The notes beneath the pieces are model-generated. The model made no database searches, was not told the DNA's origin, and saw nothing but the letters and a program-made list of their open reading frames with translations. A stretch of 63,937 nt of DNA, filler included, from Octopus bimaculoides (Eukaryota): assembly GCF_001194135.2 (NCBI RefSeq). It is 6 parts of 5 records of this genome, joined end to end, with 100 filler letters (N's around TTAATTAATTAA, not from the genome) between each part and the next. Parts side by side here need not be neighbours in the genome. Positions count along the whole stretch, not along the records: positions 25,233 to 35,148 come from NC_068982.1; positions 35,249 to 46,818 come from NC_068985.1; 4 more parts are not named here. One strand, 5' to 3'. Shown one piece after another: positions 27,972 to 40,848 of this stretch (its first letter is position 1; every line of letters begins with the position of its first letter). The translations under genes were made by a program, and so were the position numbers.

Positions 27972-28818
27972 ATTCTATAAAACTTCCGTTTCTCTTCCTG
28001 ATCATAAAAATACATCATTTGGTTTATTGTAGTAAAACAAAATAAAAATGAAGATTGTTATCAAATTTGATAGTAAATCTCTTTGGTTAGAATAGCAAAA
28101 CATTAATATTTTATAAATTATGTAATTTTGGGTATTTAGCAGTTAGAAAAATAAAACTAAAATGATGTTCTTTAAGACAAGTGCTTTCATTTACAATAAG
28201 GAGGCTTAGGAAAGATTTTGTAGATCTTTAGTTTTGGTATTTCTTAGAGAATTTTTGAACTAAAAACATTTTTGTACTTTCAATATTGTTTTAAAGTTTG
28301 ATTTATTAGCATTCCATTGATATTTCATGCTAGTGTAAATAGCAATAATAAGAGTAATTTCAATATAGTTTTTGTTATTTTTCTTTTGTTATTATCATTC
28401 AGTTAATAAAATACTATAATTTATCAAACTGTGAATCTGTACTTTCAAACAGTTTTTCTGTTGAGTTTATTACCCTGCACACACATGCACACTGATTGTT
28501 TAAATTTTAATAAAATTTCCATTTTATTTATTTTTTTTCCATAATTGAATTAGAATTTAAAGCATTAATTATATTTCATAGTATAATTAAATTAAAATAT
28601 TTTTGGTGTTGGTGGTGGTGTGTGTGTGTCTATGTATGCTTATGTATGTGTGTGCATGTGTATTCCTTTACATAGCAGCAGTTGGAACATGGTTACCTAA
28701 TTATATTGGCGGTTAAACATCTTTCTACATTCAAGTACATGTACTAACTTATTGCTAAATGCCTGTTGTGCTGTTTTTGTGCAAACAGTACAGTTTCGGC
28801 ATTCCTTTCTCGTTCCAG

Positions 28819-28882
28819 AGTCAAGTGTCCCTATTGCCCTATGGAACAGATTCCTGCAGATGCTAAACGAATATACTTTTAA
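28819..28882 (+). CDS. RMND5: RMND5/GID2 orthologue, terminal coding exon
   Basis: ttccag acceptor at 28817-18. The phase-2 junction gives (K)[20 protein letters not shown], similar to RMND5A [20 protein letters not shown]. Confidence 0.96.
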
Positions 28883-29030
28883 ACCAACTTGACTTTTTTT
28901 TCATATTGTCTTTTCTTAAAAATAATAAATTCATATCCTTAATTTATCTGTTGCTTTATTTCTATCCCAGTTCCCTACTTTCCTTTTCCTTTTTTTTATT
29001 TTTTATCACACTGTGTGGACTTACACTTTT

Positions 29031-29036
29031 AATAAA
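29031..29036 (+). promoter_or_regulatory. Candidate polyadenylation signal for RMND5
   Basis: AATAAA about 150 nt after the stop, in a U-rich UTR. Other AATAAA hexamers occur at 28924 and 29097, so usage is unknown. Confidence 0.3.
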
Positions 29037-29437
29037 AAGGTTCAGCTTTTCAAGTCCTCCTGAAAATGTATTTAAAATTTATGGGATCATATAAAAAATA
29101 AAAAATCTTTATCTCTTTTGGTTATTTTGCTATTTTTTCATTTCTTTCTCTCATTTTTTTCTTTTTCATTAATTTGTCTGTATGATTTGTCATTGATTAT
29201 TTAATTTACACTTCATGAATTATGTTCATGCCAAACTGTCAATCAGAATTCCAATATATTTAGCAATTAGTGTGGGTTTCAAAGGTTTGTTTATCTGAGC
29301 TAAATTTGTGAAAGTGATGTAGAGACAAATGAAAGGACAGTTAAATAGGCAGACTAATAAATACTCAATTTGTTCCTACAGACTGGACAACAATTTAATC
29401 TGATAAAACTAACTTTCAAGCTCTGTTTGATGCCACT

Positions 29438-29630
29438 GTAGCCTGGACAAAATGCTTAGCGGTATTTTGTCTGTCTTTACATTCTATGTTCACATTCCAC
29501 TGGGATCAACTCTGCCTTTCATCCTTTTGGGGTCAATAAAATAAGTACCAGTTGAGTACTGAAGTCGATGTAACCAACTAGCCCCCTACTCTAAAATTTC
29601 AGGCCTTGTGGTTACAGTAGAAAGGATTAT
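29438..29630 (+). mobile_element. SINE family B, diverged
   Basis: aaatgcttagcggtatttt...ctttcatccttttggggtcaataaaataagtaccagtt...aggccttgtggttacagtagaaaggattat. Confidence 0.8.
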
Positions 29631-29729
29631 GATGATGATTGTATCTGTTTTTTTTTTTTTACCTGGATCTCTTAAGTCTATATGACAGACAAATGAATCT
29701 CTTCTTTGTCATTTTGGTTGGGAGGACCA

Positions 29730-30115
29730 TTATTTTATGTTTTACTTGATTCCGTCATTGGACTGTGGCCATACTGGGTCACCACCATGAAGGACTGTAG
29801 TTGAAAAATGTGACCCTAGTACTTATTTTTAAAGTCTGATACTTATTTCTATCAGTTTTTATTGCCAAACTGTTAAATTACTGGGAGGTAAACAAACCAA
29901 CACCGATTGTCAAGCAGTAGTAGTGATGGTGATAAACACAAAGACATACACATATATGACAGGCTTCCACACAGTTTCCATCCACCAAATTCACTCGAGT
30001 CATTGGTTGACCTGGGGCTATAATAGATGAGACATAACCTAAGCGCTGTACAGTAGGATTGAACCCCAAACCACTTGGTTGCAAAGTGATCTTAATCACA
30101 CAGACATACCTGAAC
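29730..30115 (-). mobile_element. SINE family A, diverged
   Basis: Colinear with 5321-5734. Confidence 0.72.
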
Positions 30116-30154
30116 CTTCAGATAGGTTATTTTTGGTTTATTTTATGAATAGTC

Positions 30155-30475
30155 TTGTAGATCCTTAGTGGTTGGGGTATTCGGCTCACGATCATAAGGT
30201 CGTGAGTTCAGTTCTCGGCGGCGCGTTGTGTTCTTGAGCATGATATTTTATTTCACGTTGCTCCAGTTCACAAAGATAGCGGAAATGAGTAGTATCTGTA
30301 TTTCCAAGGGTCAACCTTGTTACATTCTGTGTCACGCTGAATCACCCTGAAAACTACGTTAAGGGGACGCGTGTGTCTGGAATACTCAGCCATTTGCATG
30401 TTAATTTCACGAGCAGGCTGTTCTGTTGGCCAGACCAACTAGAACACTCGTTGTTGTAGCTGACAGAGTGCCAGT
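30155..30475 (+). mobile_element. SINE family C, near full length
   Basis: ttagtggttggggtattcggctcacgatcataaggtcgtgagttcagttc head, then body gtgtcacgctgaatc...ttaatttcacgagcaggctgttc...gacagagtgccagt. Confidence 0.82.
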
Positions 30476-30586
30476 TTAGTTTTACTACTGAAATTAACAG
30501 TTTTAGTTCAATTTTTTTACGAAAAAAGTGGATTTTTTCAATGTTAATATGTAAACAAATGCAGGTATAATGATAATTTTTATTAT

Positions 30587-31073
30587 TATGAGGGTCGGCT
30601 GAAATATTCGTGGAATGGAACCAAATGAAGTCAATTTTTTAACATAGTTCCTCTTACTGTCCACACACTTCCATCGGTAATTACAGTGCTTGGATCGCAC
30701 TGGTGAAGAAGTTATCCTATTGGTCAAAAAAGTCATCAACAGCAGATAAGATGTCATCATCACAGAGATACTGGTGACCAGCTAAGTGTGTTTTTCATGT
30801 TGGGAAACAGGTGATAATCAGATGGAACCAAGTCACTAACATAAGGAGGATGATCGATCATTTCAAAGCCAGTCATGCACAGCAGCCATTGAAACCAAAG
30901 ACCTGTGTGCTGAAGCACTGTCCCAATGAAACAAGACCTCATTCATCAGTTTTTCTGGCCGCTTGGTCTTGATAGCTTTTCGTAATTGCCTTAGCAAGTT
31001 GGCATTGAACTTTCCATTGATGGTGTCATCATTTTGAAGATAGTCAATAAGCACAATATTTTTTGCATTAACG
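30587..31073 (-). mobile_element. Third mariner remnant (3' part plus TIR)
   Basis: NIVLIDYLQNDDTINGKFNANLLRQLRKAIKTKRPEKLMNEVLFHWDSASAH and GFEMIDHPPYVSDLVPSDYHLFPNMK. End tatgagggtcggctgaaa at 30587. Confidence 0.88.
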
Positions 31074-31724
31074 TATAGTATATGTAATAATGTGAAGTAT
31101 ATTTTGTATATTAAAATGTTTAATTTCAGATAATTATCAAGCGAAACAAACATAAGCAGTAAAAATACAAATTGCAAGTATTTCAAAATGTGGGACACTA
31201 CATGACAAAAAACTAACAAAAAAGAAAGAAAATAGCGGTGCTAGTCTTCTAAAAGTACGATGAGAGGGTTCAAGAGAAAGATAGAAAGATGGAATTGAAG
31301 GGAAGAAAGATAGAAAGAAAGAAAAGAATGAAAAGTGAAGAAATAAACTGGGGGTCTGAAGTGAATGCTAGCAGGGGATGAAACAAAATACGTCTTACCT
31401 ACGTACTGGAAACAGATTGGGAAGGTTTTGCATACAAGGGTGGGGAGGAGAAGGATAGAGAATTGGATAGAAAGAAAATCTCGCTCCAAATATTGAACAT
31501 TGTGTGGGGTGTCACTAAGTAGGAACAAAAGTGGGGGGTGTGACATTACATTGACTAATAACCATAAAATGTTGCACAGAAAGTCCACACACACACAGAG
31601 AACACCTAGCGTTGTAGGTGTTCTAATACCCTCTGTCATATTTAATGGCAATTCTATTTTCCTCTTTGGTGATTCATTGTTAAACCACTGCCTAATTTAA
31701 TTATACACATACATATATTCTTCT

Positions 31725-31990
31725 ACTCTTTTACTTGTTTCAGTCATTTGACTGCAGCCATGCTGGAGCACCGCCTTAAAGGGTTTTAGTCGAAGAAATC
31801 GACCCCAGGACTTACTCTTTATAAGCCTAGTACTTATACTATCAGTCTCTTTTGCCGAACGGCTAGATTACGGGGACGTAAATACACGTGCATCGGTTGT
31901 CAAGCGATGGTGGTGGGGTACAAAGACAGACATGCAAACACACACATATGCAAACACACACACACACACACACACATACACACACTCACA
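31725..31990 (-). mobile_element. SINE family A, 3' half
   Basis: tactcttttacttgtttcagtcatttgactgcagccatgctggagcaccgcc...gcatcggttgtcaagcgatgg. Confidence 0.85.
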
Positions 31991-32186
31991 TACAGGGTGC
32001 GGTGAATAAACTGTTGTCTAAATTATGCAANNNNNNNNNNGTCTCTTTTGCCGAACGGCTAGATTACGGGGACGTAAATACACGTGCATCGGTTGTCAAG
32101 CGATGGTGGTGGGGTACAAAGACAGACATGCAAACACACACATATGCAAACACACACACACACACACACACATACACACACTCACA

Positions 32187-32533
32187 TACAGGGTGCGGTG
32201 AATAAACTGTTGTCTAAATTATGCAAAAATGAAAATAATACTGACATCTCATTTTGACAGATATATTTACCAAAATTACATAAAAATATCTTGAAATACT
32301 AAAGAGTAAATTTATTCAATAAAATCGCCATTGACTTCAACCACAGCCTCCAAACGACTTCGGAACCTCATGCAACTCTTCTGGATGGTCTCCTTATTTA
32401 AGCTGGTGAATGCTGCCATAATTCTTGCCCCCAGTTCATCTTTGGTGTTATAAGGAGTTTTGTTGGTCTCTCGCTCAAATGCACCCCACACATAATAATC
32501 AAGAGGGTTGCAGTCTGGGGAGTTAAGTGGTCA
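32187..32533 (-). mobile_element. maT/DDxD-type Tc1/mariner 3' remnant
   Basis: V*PLNSPDCNPLDYYVWGAFERETNKTPYNTKDELGARIMAAFTSLNKETIQKSCMRFRSRLEAVVEVNGDFIE* (stop 32312-14). TIR-like tacagggtgcggtgaataaactgttgtc at 32187. Confidence 0.85.
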
Positions 32534-34205
32534 GACTAAACAAATTATCAGAAAGTTTATATGTGGATATAAATAAATATTCATATGTATGTATACACAC
32601 ATACACGACCACACTACAATAAGGGGCAAAATAAAAAAAACAATAACACAGCAATACTATAAGACTGCTCGTATATATCTTCTTGATATGTTGTCGTTAA
32701 ACGCTAAGATTACGTCTACAATATAGTCTACGATTACTCACTAAAACTCCTTCATATATAACTTATACCTACATATTTTCAAATTGTAGTTATTTTTGGT
32801 AAAAATACGATCGAAAGCTATTGTACCCGACCAATTGCCTTGGATTATGCTTAAAATTTATTATGCCTGACAGCAGGATTCCCTATATAGTTGAGTCACT
32901 TAACTAATAAACTTCTAAGGTAGTTATTCATAAACTTAGTGATTCGTCTATTTCTATATCTACTTACTTCTACTGTTAAATTTATACTTGGGACACTTTT
33001 TATTTTACAAACATGAGTGAATGGAGGTAACCCTAGATTTGAGTATCTTCAATAACTTATTAATCTAACGACTAATTAACCAATTCATTAGTCCACCAAT
33101 CAATCAGCCAATCAATCAACCACTCAAATAAGTAAATAATTAATTGACCAATCAATCAATCAATCAATCCAAACCATGGTTAAAAGTAGCGTTACATATC
33201 AGAGTCCATAACCAAAAATATACCCATACATGTGTAATACATACATACACATACACCCCCACACATATATATACACACACACATGTATACACACACACAC
33301 ACACACACATACACACACATATACATATATATATACATACACATATATATCTATATGCACACCCACATATACACTCATCTATCTACATACATATACATAC
33401 TCATACACATACATATATATATGCGTACACACTTATACAACCAACTACCTACACACATGCACAAACATTCACATATATACTTACATACATATATGTCTAT
33501 CTTCACATGCATATAATTGTATTCATACACCAGTATATATACCTATACATGTACATGTACATATATATGTACATGTACATGTACATATAGGTATATTACA
33601 CTTACCTAATTGCCATTACAAGTATATATACATGCCCAGATACAAGTGAATACCTACCTAAAACTTCATATATGTGCACATATAGATACATACATCCAAA
33701 TACATACATTTACACAATATACCCATACATGCTTGCAAATATACAAATATATCCATACATCCACCTATGAATACATCTATATGTGCACACATATACATAT
33801 ATAAACAAATACATATACAAATACAGGAGTAGTATTTATAGTAATAAAACCACATATAAATACATCCATATATACATATATATATATACACATACACATA
33901 TAGCTACAAATACACATATCAATACAGAGGTAGTACTTATAGTAATAAATACGCACAGATATATGTATGCCCACATTTATATAATTATATCTAACTAAAT
34001 ATATATACTCATTTATATATATCTGCTTAATTATCATATGTTAGCTGATACAATATTGGTTAACTCTAAATAATTACTATTACATCAGATGTGGTATTTT
34101 AATACTAGGTTCTATTTATATTTAATATATCTGCATAAATATCATGTTTTAGCTAATAAAATATAGAATAGTAGTAATGGTTAACTCTAAATAACTACTA
34201 TCACA

Positions 34206-34680
34206 TCAGAAGTGGTATTTCAATACTGGATTCTGCTTATATTTAGAGAAGGTATACCCAATTTTATGAAGACAGGAACCGTTACGTTCATTCAGATTGT
34301 TAATAAGCGGAATTCTGGCCCTAACTAGGAAAAAAATTTCATTGATACATAATAAGCATTTTCTATTTCTATTATTGTACGCAGGTGCAGATGCTAATAT
34401 TTTCCAGTGTAAATTATATTTAGTACCCCCATCTTTAAGTTCCCATATGTAGCTACTTAAACCGGTAGAATTTCTCCTATTCTTGTTTCTGAACGTATAA
34501 TTGTGATAATTAAGTCTCTGTTTCATACTGTTTTTAGTCGTACCCATATATACCCTACTGTCATATTTTGTACTTACTACACATTGATATACTCTTTTCT
34601 AATGCAGTTATTTTTAAATACACAATTATCACTTATTCTACAATTACAAGTTCTACGTTGGTGCACAGAGTTTATGTGAT
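34206..34680 (-). mobile_element. Penelope-like element: Cys linker plus GIY-YIG endonuclease remnant
   Basis: TCNCRISDNCVFKNNCIRKEYINV** followed by GYMGTTKNSMKQRLNYHNYTFRNKNRRNSTGLSSYIWELKDGGTKYNLHWKILASAPAYNNRNRKCLLCINE...SCLHK, the PLE endonuclease pattern (LSxYIWxLK, CxLC). Confidence 0.88.
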
Positions 34681-34815
34681 TGGTGTTAATATTTATCATA
34701 TTATTATTATTTCTTTGGTTATTGTTGACCCCCATGATGTTACTATTGCTTATACTATTGTTATTATCAATGTTAGTATTCTTACTACCGTTATTATTAA
34801 TACTTCCATTGTTAC

Positions 34816-35148
34816 TATTATTATTATTATGTTTGACTTTTGTTTTGCATTTGTACAAGTTGGATCCAAGTCTCACCCAGAGACCTCAAGAGACAACAAG
34901 TTAGAAGTTCATGTAGGTGTTATGCCTAGGGTACCATATATTTGGATTTGTACAGTTTTGTTCAAGTGAATGTTTAAGAAACCATAAGAAAATTACGTGT
35001 TTGCTTTAAAATTTCAGATCACATAGACAATATTTTACGTAGGATATGGGCAGTTCCCATGAGCACTATCTTTTGAACTTCAGCCATTTTGGGGTTTCCT
35101 GGTATCTGAGCTAGGTAGTAATCAGCCCGTTTCGCTGTCATTCCCAGG
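34816..35148 (-). mobile_element. R4/Dong-like (restriction-like endonuclease) LINE 3' end
   Basis: LGMTAKRADYYLAQIPGNPKMAEVQKIVLMGTAHILRKILSM* (stop 35019-21) matches the QKxVLxGTAxILRK C-terminus of RLE LINEs. A 3' UTR of about 190 nt ends in (TAA)n. Confidence 0.8.
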
Positions 35149-35248
35149 NNNNNNNNNNNNNNNNNNNNNNNNNNNNNNNNNNNNNNNNNNNNTTAATTAA
35201 TTAANNNNNNNNNNNNNNNNNNNNNNNNNNNNNNNNNNNNNNNNNNNN
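35149..35248. other. Artificial scaffold-joining linker
   Basis: N44-TTAATTAATTAA-N44. Confidence 0.95.
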
Positions 35249-35294
<46 letters not shown>

Positions 35295-35297
<3 letters not shown>

Positions 35298-36728
35298 GCA
35301 TAGATAACCGGCGTTGCTCGGGATTAAAATGGCATAGTTTCTATATATATTACACTTATGTTGAAACGGGTGATACGAGAAAGCGCAACATTGATGACAA
35401 AACATTTGTGGAGTAAATGAAGTGGGATAATTCGACTAAGCGACACACCATGCGTCCGTTTGGAGTAACCCAGGCCCTAAACTGTCATGGAAAATTGAGG
35501 GTGGTGGTGGTATGTGATTTTTGAACGATTCGCAAAGCTGTCGCTGGATATATTCTCCTTTGTGGCAGTCGACGCTGCGTCAAACACGACCCATCGTCTG
35601 ATGTTTTGACACCTCCTTCGGGTTTGTTGTCCTACATCACTCATAAAGTAAATTTGGAGGAACTGTGGTTGTTCATTTGTATGTTACAGGGAACCAATGA
35701 GGTGATGGACTTGCCCTTGAACTTTGAACATCGGCGTAAGTCCATGTTCAACTATCTTCTTAGATGCACCAAACGATATCATTTGAAATGCAGAGTTGTA
35801 TTGTCTGATATTGTTCAGAACATCCTTTGACTGGATGGAAGCGCCTTCTAGAAGATCCATAAGAGGTTGAGCGGGAGCTGGTTGTGCTGGCAATCGTACC
35901 TTACCGCCTGAGCAGCACAAGCCTTTTGTTTCATTTGGAAATTTTAAAGCTTTGCAGAAACGACAATTTGAGTTTAGCACACCGATTTGGACAAAATTAT
36001 CAATTTTATAAGAATGGGATGGATCGTATCTGAAAGCAGCTCCATGAGTTGTGAATAACGAATTTGTACGTAGTATGTTTCTGAGCGGTATTCTATTGGA
36101 CCTCTGTTTAATAATTAAAATATTGTTTTAACGATCCTACCTCAAGTGCTGCAGCATGCATTTGCTGATCTTGGGAAAGCCTCATCTCCCTTCTGTATTA
36201 AGACTCAATCTGATGTGCTGCAGTATGCCTTGCTGATCTTGAGAAAGTCTCATCTCCTTTCTCTCTTGAGACTCTCGCCTTCTATTTTCTACAATCCTCC
36301 TTGCTTTATACTTGTTTCTGGAGAGATTACGTCTTTTCTTTCGTGGCATATTTCTTCAATATTGTAAACAAAAGATTATGAACATAGAAAAACTATACAT
36401 TAATTGAAATATAATACAAAATAAGAGGATCTAAGTGATATCACATTATAATTAAAAGAGAAAGAATAAAAGTGAAACTATTATCTCACATTACAATATA
36501 GTTCTTTTCTTTCACTTTTGTCACGTAATGTGGGACCAGTGCCAATGTTGTATTGTTTTAATCCAAATGAAAAAAAATTACATGCTTGACAATCAAGGGG
36601 TCTGATACTATTACGCTGTAAAATTTTATTTGAATTGGTCGAGTCGTTTGAGAATGCATAGGTAGCAGACAGCCAGCCAGACAGACAGACAGACAGCGAG
36701 ACAGACAAAGAATTTCATATATACATTC

Positions 36729-36765
<37 letters not shown>
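35295..36765 (-). mobile_element. Internally deleted Helitron with RepHel N-terminal fragment
   Basis: About 35684-36050 reads GAAFRYDPSHSYKIDNFVQIGVLNSNCRFCKALKFPNETKGLCCSGGKVRLP...NIRQYNSAFQMISFG...FKVQGQVHHLIGSL. The 3' hairpin cccgagcaacgccgg (35308-35322) precedes a terminal CTAA. The 5' region has (TGTC)n and (TA)n and runs into a gap. Confidence 0.9.
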
Positions 36766-37474
36766 NNNNNNNNNNNNNNNNNNNNNNNNNNNNNNNNNNN
36801 NNNNNNNNNNNNNNNNNNNNNNNNNNNNNNNNNNNNNNNNNNNNNNNNNNNNNNNNNNNNNNNNNNNNNNNNNNNNNNNNNNNNNNNNNNNNNNNNNNNN
36901 NNNNNNNNNNNNNNNNNNNNNNNNNNNNNNNNNNNNNNNNNNNNNNNNNNNNNNNNNNNNNNNNNNNNNNNNNNNNNNNNNNNNNNNNNNNNNNNNNNNN
37001 NNNNNNNNNNNNNNNNNNNNNNNNNNNNNNNNNNNNNNNNNNNNNNNNNNNNNNNNNNNNNNNNNNNNNNNNNNNNNNNNNNNNNNNNNNNNNNNNNNNN
37101 NNNNNNNNNNNNNNNNNNNNNNNNNNNNNNNNNNNNNNNNNNNNNNNNNNNNNNNNNNNNNNNNNNNNNNNNNNNNNNNNNNNNNNNNNNNNNNNNNNNN
37201 NNNNNNNNNNNNNNNNNNNNNNNNNNNNNNNNNNNNNNNNNNNNNNNNNNNNNNNNNNNNNNNNNNNNNNNNNTATATATATATATATATATATATATAG
37301 GTAATAGTAATCGTTTCTTATTAGGAAACAAATTAGTTTTTTTATAGGGCTGCAAAGAGTATGTATGTATGCATGTATGTATGTATGTATGTATAAGAAA
37401 TTAATTAGAAATTTCTTATATATATATATTACAACTCACCACGGGTATAATCGAAATTCCACCCTTCCTATTAC

Positions 37475-37517
<43 letters not shown>

Positions 37518-38382
37518 TGACGATGTGGAGGGGAGGAGGATAATGATGTGGAGGAGAAGAATGACGACGATGATGATGATGACTATGACACCACGATGAA
37601 GAGGAGGAGAATGAGGAGGGGAGGAACAGGAGCAGGAGGAGGGTACAGAAGAAGGTGAAGATGACAACGACGATGATGAAGACGATGATAACAATAATGG
37701 GGATGGACGACGCTGGCGATAATAGCAGGAAATGTTTTTCATTGGTAGTGGAGACTCGTTGTCGTTACAGTGATGGCCACCAAGCTTCACAAACCATGAT
37801 ATCTAATACATAAACACTGTGGAGAAGTTAACACTTGTGTCTAAAACATTCCATCAAGCTTCTCTGACAAAATGAAATGCTTTCTTGTTTCCATAAAATT
37901 CAATTCGTTTATTCCAATCACATAAATGTACTGAAGGAAAAGAGAAAAACAAATACCGGAAATTACAAACATATAAGAGTTAATTTTGTTTGTTTGTTGG
38001 TTTGCTAGTGTTTGTCCTTTCGTTTGTTAGTTTGTCGGTTATTTGTATTTTCATTAAATGTTATTGGAATCTTTCGAAATGATTTCCCTTGATGAAAGCA
38101 GAATTCAAGACTAAAAAATAACGAATATCCAGATTTTCTTTTAATTATTCTTTATGTATTAATCTATTGTTTAATGTACATAAACATGAACACACACACA
38201 CAATCACACACATACGCACACAAACACAAACACTAGCACATATACATGCACGCTTACACATGCGCGCACACACTAGCACACACACATACACACATAGTCA
38301 CACAAACACACACACATACACATACACACATTTACGGATGATTACATATGCATACATATAAAAGTAACCACGCGTATTATAC

Positions 38383-38414
<32 letters not shown>

Positions 38415-40422
38415 NNNNNNNNNNNNNNNNNNNNNNNNNNNNNNNNNNNNNNNNNNNNNNNNNNNNNNNNNNNNNNNNNNNNNNNNNNNNNNNNNNNNNN
38501 NNNNNNNNNNNNNNNNNNNNNNNNNNNNNNNNNNNNNNNNNNNNNNNNNNNNNNNNNNNNNNNNNNNNNNNNNNNNNNNNNNNNNNNNNNNNNNNNNNNN
38601 NNNNNNNNNNNNNNNNNNNNNNNNNNNNNNNNNNNNNNNNNNNNNNNNNNNNNNNNNNNNNNNNNNNNNNNNNNNNNNNNNNNNNNNNNNNNNNNNNNNN
38701 NNNNNNNNNNNNNNNNNNNNNNNNNNNNNNNNNNNNNNNNNNNNNNNNNNNNNNNNNNNNNNNNNNNNNNNNNNNNNNNNNNNNNNNNNNNNNNNNNNNN
38801 NNNNNNNNNNNNNNNNNNNNNNNNNNNNNNNNNNNNNNNNNNNNNNNNNNNNNNNNNNNNNNNNNNNNNNNNNNNNNNNNNNNNNNNNNNNNNNNNNNNN
38901 NNNNNNNNNNNNNNNNNNNNNNNNNNNTATATATATATATATATATATATATCCATTTCTTCCGTTCAACTAAATTTGCAATATTATCTTTCGCTTGTTT
39001 TCCTTTTTTTCTACCTAGCATTTTTTTTTCTTCTCTTCCTCATGTATTGAGTATTATTTTATCAGTATTTTTTTTTTCAATTCTCATTTACGCAAACATT
39101 ATTTTTCTTGATGCATTATAAATCAGGTGCCTCTATTTCTACTTATGTATGCCTGTCTTGCCACTGAACGAAAATATGCCTGAATATGAAGGAAAATATA
39201 TAGCTTTAAAAATACAAATGTTACTCGTTTTTTCGGTTTTGAGGCATTTCGGTAAAACAAATATTAAATGTATGTTTTTGCCTACATTTTTCTTCTATCT
39301 ATATTTAAATAACTTTTTGAGTATTTCACCAATATATTTTCGCAATAAAAAGTCTGTTTTTTATTAAATTTATAAATATGAGGGGAATTCAAAAATATAG
39401 ATATACTATACTCCTTTGAGACGAACACTCAAGCGTACACTAACCAAAGGGCTTTATATAGTATATATATGTATGTATAATATAGGTTTCCATAAGAAGT
39501 TATTCGTATTAAAACAGCATCCGGAACGTATAGTGATGTGCATAAAATTTGGTCAAGCTACAATTATATAAATAATGCCGTACGCGTGGCTGTGTGGTAT
39601 GAATGATGCTTCCCAATAATGGCGTATGTGTGGCTATGTGGTAAGAAGCTGGCTTCCCAGTCACGTGTTTTGGGGTTTCCTGCTGCGGCGCAAAATCTTG
39701 GTTAAGTGTCTTCTACGATAGTCCCGTACCGACAAAACCATCCGAGCGGATTTAGTAACGAAAACTGAAATTAAGAACTCAAGTTTGTTTTTTATCAAAC
39801 TTAGATATTTGTGAAATTTAAACTTCATTGAATTAAAGGTATATTTAGATACCGGGATAAAGCGAGATCGAAAATCGGAAAATTACAACAACGCGTGTGT
39901 TGTAACTCTGAACAAGTCTGTTGCTTTTACTCCTTCATATAAAACAAAATGTGTATTTATAAAATGGTTTTACAACAAAAGGATAATACTTTTCATGATT
40001 CGTGTTCTTGTGAATTACATTTCTTCAAGTTTGCAGCCAAACAAAAAAGAATTTAAATGGCCACAATAATCTGCTTTTCTGCCAAAACTGGATTGGACGC
40101 ATATGTGTATATCACACAACGTAAACCTGTCAGTTAACAATAACGTATTTTGTGGCAGATAATATGCAAGGTCTACAATTGCAGACGTTGAGATCAAATG
40201 GGTTAACACAACCGAATGCATTAAAGAAATGAATAAATGCAATTGGTGTCTTTCCTTGTAGTATTTTTTTAAAACTCTTCTATGATTCCTCAAAGGGAAA
40301 GGATTTACAGTAATATTAATCTGTTTCTGTGGAAAAAGAATTGTTTCTGTCGCAGGATGACATCACTAACAAGGGAAGTTGGATTGGCAAGGTTGCTATA
40401 AAGTCGGAAAATTTGCCTTGCG

Positions 40423-40746
40423 GTAGCTGGGGAGAGTGGCTGACTGTATGACTGAGATCATGTCTGAGAGAGCCATCACGAACAGAAAATATTCCAGTAC
40501 TGCTCCCGGACGGACTCCACTTAATATTGACGTCACCATTTTGAATGCTTGGGCTGATATTTCACTACCCAGGCATAACGCCGTTGTAGCTGAGTGAGGC
40601 AGCTCCTTCCTGGCCGGAAGCTATGCTGCGATTTAGAAAACAAGTTATTTTCTTCTAAGAACATGATCAACTTCCTTCTGACAACACGTTCCATGAATAT
40701 GCTGACAAATGTGTCAGATCAGAGAGACAGACTTGTGTTAGGTGAT
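40423..40746 (-). mobile_element. CR1-clade LINE reverse transcriptase fragment
   Basis: MERVVRRKLIMFLEENNLFSKSQHSFRPGRSCLTQL, then after a deletion SGVRPGAVLEYFLFVMALSDMISV (decayed SGVPQG motif). Confidence 0.85.
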
Positions 40747-40811
40747 ATACATATTCATTTGTTATATACACCCATAAAGATACATATACATATGTATGTG
40801 TATGTATGTAT

Positions 40812-40848
<37 letters not shown>

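Noticed and set aside
31845-32226. Exact 186-bp tandem duplication (31845-32030 and 32041-32226)
   Set aside because: Identical copies on either side of a 10-N gap indicate an unmerged contig overlap, not a biological duplication.
34568-34969. Asn-rich, Ile-rich and Leu-rich ORFs of 74-133 aa
   Set aside because: They are chimeric read-through of a LINE 3' UTR, a degenerate (AAT)n tract and the Penelope linker.
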